Source of the DNA: Candidatus Latescibacterota bacterium
Lineage (GTDB): Bacteria > Latescibacterota > UBA2968 > UBA8231
Reading direction: 5' to 3'
Assembly (NCBI GenBank): GCA_965215195.1
Contig: CBDCDC010000002.1
Location: 3,968,001 to 4,032,000, forward strand
Length of the DNA: 64,000 bases
Made by a program: the position numbers and the translations under genes
Shown: piece after piece, positions 60,968-64,000 of the stretch
How positions within the stretch are numbered: position 1 is the stretch's first letter
Layout: each line of letters begins with the position of its first letter
The notes under the pieces: generated by a model
Seen by the model: the letters and a program-made list of their open reading frames with translations, nothing else
Told to the model about the DNA's origin: nothing
The model's database searches: none

Positions 60968-61115
60968 GTAACTGAGGGAATCAGAGGACCTCTTAAATTA
61001 TTCTACTTGGCCCTGTGCGTTGGCTGGGACGGCAGGAAAGTACTCTGAGTGAACGGCACCTTTTTGTCAAAAACTGTCCGAACTGTTGTCCGGATTGCTA
61101 TAGGAGGCTAAAGTA

Positions 61116-61499
61116 ATGCTAAATCGCGTGAAAGGTGCGCTGTTTGGGACAGCGGCTCAAATGAGTGAGGACGATATAGCCAAGTACGACCGTCTGTTCT
61201 TTGAGGGAGAAGAGGTGTTAGCCGGATTCAAAGTTATCCGGGATTCCTTTCTCTTCACGAATCGCCGGCTTATTATTGAGGATGTTCAAGGGTTTACCGG
61301 CAGGAAGCGGGAGTATTTGAGCATTCCGTACAGCAAGATTTCTGGATTTAGTGTGGAGTCAGCAGGTCATTTCGACATGGATGCTGAGCTGAAAATCTGG
61401 GTAAGTGGCCTGACCGAGCTAGCCAAGCCGGTGTCCAAGAAGTTTGATAAAAACACGGACATCTATCAAATCCAGGCCATTATCGCGGCAAATTCTTAG
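61116..61499 (+). CDS. Bacterial PH-domain protein
   Basis: IRDSFLFTNRRLI..DVQGFTGRK, SIPY, FSVESAGHFDMDAELKIW. Confidence 0.92.
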   Translation: MLNRVKGALFGTAAQMSEDDIAKYDRLFFEGEEVLAGFKVIRDSFLFTNRRLIIEDVQGFTGRKREYLSIPYSKISGFSVESAGHFDMDAELKIWVSGLTELAKPVSKKFDKNTDIYQIQAIIAANS

Positions 61500-61632
61500 A
61501 AGCCCTAACAAAACTGGATGTCACGCCTAAAGGCGCGGTGACGCTCGCTTGTCCTGCCCAAAGGCAGGAAGCCGTTTGGTTGTATTCGCGCAACTCTTAT
61601 CGTACCGAAACTTTATTAGGAGGAGATGTCTT

Positions 61633-62265
61633 ATGAGCTATTTACAAAGGATCGTTGATTGGATTGTGTCATTGGAATCCGGTTGGCAATTTCGAAAATG
61701 GATTTCAATTCTCGTCAAAATTTTTGGTGTGTGTACTTCGGTTGGCGCTGTCATTGTGGGAATTGCTATTTTTGTTAGTGTGATAGCTGCTATTGACTAT
61801 TTGGGAATTTCTTTAGGTACATTTGCCATCATTGGATCAATCCTATCATTTTGCATGAGCGTTATTATTGGGGCACTTCTCGTCATACTTTGTTGGAACA
61901 GATCCAATAAAATTGGTGCTCTCGGCGGTGAATCACATTTCAGCTTGATACCTATTACAGTCGTCCTGATCCGATTGTTTGGTGAAATCGGCTTCATTTT
62001 GCTCGTCGGGACAGGTATTTACGGGGCACTTTTGGGCCCAATCTTGGGATCGGTGAGGGGCATTGGAGGCTATTTGCCACAGTTTGGAAACATCGGCTTT
62101 ATTAGCGGAGTATTTTCGCTTGTTACCTTTGTGTTTATTGGTGTAGTTCTTTTGATTATCACTTATTTCGTTGCGGAGTTGGTCAACCTGTTTGCGGACA
62201 TGGCAACAAACCTCAAGAAGATTGAGGGACGACTATCGGCGGAAGAAGACACATCGGATTCATAA
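61633..62265 (+). CDS. Hypothetical multi-pass membrane protein
   Basis: RBS AGGAGG, about 4 long hydrophobic segments, low GC. Confidence 0.75.
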   Translation: MSYLQRIVDWIVSLESGWQFRKWISILVKIFGVCTSVGAVIVGIAIFVSVIAAIDYLGISLGTFAIIGSILSFCMSVIIGALLVILCWNRSNKIGALGGESHFSLIPITVVLIRLFGEIGFILLVGTGIYGALLGPILGSVRGIGGYLPQFGNIGFISGVFSLVTFVFIGVVLLIITYFVAELVNLFADMATNLKKIEGRLSAEEDTSDS

Positions 62266-62351
62266 ACAGTTTCGAGAGTACCTGAACGGAATACAAACTC
62301 GTTTTAACTCAACGCCTTCGTAAGGAGATGCCAATGTTAGTCGATCTCGGT

Positions 62352-62871
62352 ATGGCGATGAAACAGTATCTCGTCTTGGTGCGACGACGCACCCTCAACG
62401 GACATCGGATCGTGGGCCGCGGCCGCTTACTGGCGTCGATTCCCGTACCGCTATGTGCATTAATGTTGTTGCTTTCCGCATGCGGAGGGGAGCCGGACCT
62501 TCGCATGCGGAAACGCTGAGCCGAATTCTTGCCGAGGCGGTGGACGAGGACGAGGGGGACTTGGAGGGAACGTACACCGGTTGGGTTAAAAAGGTAAAGG
62601 TAAATAGGGATCGCTATGGTTTTCGCCTAAGCACTGAAGTCGAATTCCTAGCGTACATCGAGACGGCGAACTTACGGGGCGTTGGAAGTTTGATGATAAC
62701 GGCCAGATGGAGTATGAAGAGCACTACGAAAACGGCGAACCGACGGGGCGCTGGGTTGAGTGGCATGACAACAGCCTGAAGGCTGAAGAGCATTACGCGA
62801 ACGGCGAACGGACGGGGCGCTGGGTCTTTTGGTATCCCAACGGCCAGATACGTTCTAAGAAAAGTTATTGA
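62352..62871 (+). pseudogene. MORN-variant repeat (YwqK-like) lipoprotein with two frameshifts
   Basis: Lipobox LLLSAC; third frame DNGQMEYEEHYENGEPTGRWVEWHDN...YANGERTGRWVFWYPNGQ. Confidence 0.7.
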
Positions 62872-62992
62872 TAACTCTTGTAAATACAAACATATCTGGC
62901 ATCCGCGTCATAGTTTACCTAAGTGTTTAACTAAACCGTATTGACCCTAAGAGGACATTCCTTTTTCGTCTTGCTGCCATGCCAGCGCGGCC

Positions 62993-63160
62993 TTACTTGG
63001 CCAATCCCCGCTCGACCTTCCGCTCAAAATCGCGCATTTCATCCGCCCCGTCTAACACGCCGATTTCCATATTGAACTCGCGCACCTCGCCCGGTTCGAC
63101 GTACTGCAAGGTCCCGTGCTGGCGGTTCCAAGCGCGACCCAGTACCGAAAAGTTGCCTTG
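62993..63160 (-). pseudogene. C-terminal remnant of an aldose-1-epimerase-like (DUF4432) protein
   Basis: GNFSVLGRAWNRQHGTLQYVEPGEVREFNMEIGVLDG...GLAK*, with no in-frame start. Confidence 0.55.
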
Positions 63161-63323
63161 TGGGTATGGGGAGCATAGTTTTAATCTCTTCGGGTTGAAT
63201 TTCTCGCCGCTTGCGGCGTAGGCCGTTAAATAGTTCCCGCTAATACCCCGCTGCTTGTAGGGGGGAAGTTTATTTCAGCCTTCTTAGCTGTTGACGGCCA
63301 GTTTGAACGTTCACGGAGAGGCT

Positions 63324-64000
63324 ATGAACCAACAATACCTATCTTTCATCGCGCATTGCGCCGTGGCTTGGTTCCTTTGCACAAGCCCCGTCTTGGCGCA
63401 AATAGATGTGGATGTTGTTTCCGCAAGCATCGTGCGGGTGCGCGCTTATGACGATCACAAAGTCGCGGTTGAAGGGAGCGGGTTCGTCGTCAATGAAAAG
63501 GGCTACGTGTTGACGAATGCCCATCTCCTAGACAAGGCAGAGGGCTTGACCGTTTTGTCCCTGAAGACTGGGGCCGAGGTCGTGGCGCAGCGGGTGTTTG
63601 CCCGTCGCGCCATGAACTTGGCCCTGTTGCACGTACAGGGCTTGAACTTGCCGCCCCTCAGCTTATCCGAGCAAGGAGCCGCTGTCGGCCGGGCCGTGCA
63701 GACGCTGCGGTTCGAGGCTGCGGGAGATGTTCGTCTCTCTCACGGGACGATTGGCACGTACCAAGACATCCGCGGCAAAAAAGCAAGCCGTCCGGTGGCC
63801 CACCTGCTCCAACACAATGCCTTGATAACGGCCAAATCCTTTGGCATGCCCCTGTTCAACGAATGCGGGGACGTCGTCGCCATCAACCTGCCCAATCCGG
63901 GCAGCGGCTCGTGGCCGTTTCGGAAAGTGAAACCGAGAGGAACCATTTTTGCCTTGCGCAGCGGCGACATAATAGCGGCGCTCAAAGACCGAGAAATCGC
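63324..64000 (+). CDS. Exported trypsin-like-domain protein with degenerate catalytic triad (runs off window)
   Basis: Not in the ORF track. Signal peptide, GSGFVV, VLTNAH, NLALL, QHNALITAKSFGMPLFNECGDVVAIN. Confidence 0.85.
   Translation, partial: MNQQYLSFIAHCAVAWFLCTSPVLAQIDVDVVSASIVRVRAYDDHKVAVEGSGFVVNEKGYVLTNAHLLDKAEGLTVLSLKTGAEVVAQRVFARRAMNLALLHVQGLNLPPLSLSEQGAAVGRAVQTLRFEAAGDVRLSHGTIGTYQDIRGKKASRPVAHLLQHNALITAKSFGMPLFNECGDVVAINLPNPGSGSWPFRKVKPRGTIFALRSGDIIAALKDREI

Noticed and set aside
60530-62350. Integron attC sites between the low-GC genes
   Set aside because: No convincing paired RYYYAAC/GTTRRRY boxes and no integrase in the window

Overview
GC-rich bacterial chromosomal window. 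Gene content (ankyrin-repeat proteins, FGE-sulfatase-domain proteins, urea use) suggests a Latescibacterota/Gemmatimonadota-like, possibly host-associated organism; this is inference only. No rRNA, tRNA or CRISPR array was seen. Order: smc (partial, edge), gatC-pyrG-lptC/A-lptB-rpoN; a collapsed BREX/Pgl-type defence remnant split by an intact IS630 (9.85-14.35 kb); a minus-strand operon with a three-domain RidA-like protein, a split TPP decarboxylase and a LarA-family protein; a sigma54-driven urea transport/urease cluster whose urease and accessory proteins look plant/fungal-like and which lacks ureE; a GT2/membrane glycosylation pair; purH-like, dapA, dapB, amidase, glmU-like, ppk1 and sugar oxidoreductases. 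From 51.4 kb there is an accessory zone: two ankyrin genes, a kinase-TM-stalk-FGE/C-type-lectin gene whose 3' end carries a DGR variable-region signature, an array of five small coiled-coil/TM paralogs interleaved with decayed defence/TA genes, and AT-richer membrane-protein cargo. A 124-136 bp MITE with 9-bp target duplications occurs three times. CCWGG is strongly depleted by eye. Family assignments come from motif recognition, not database searches.
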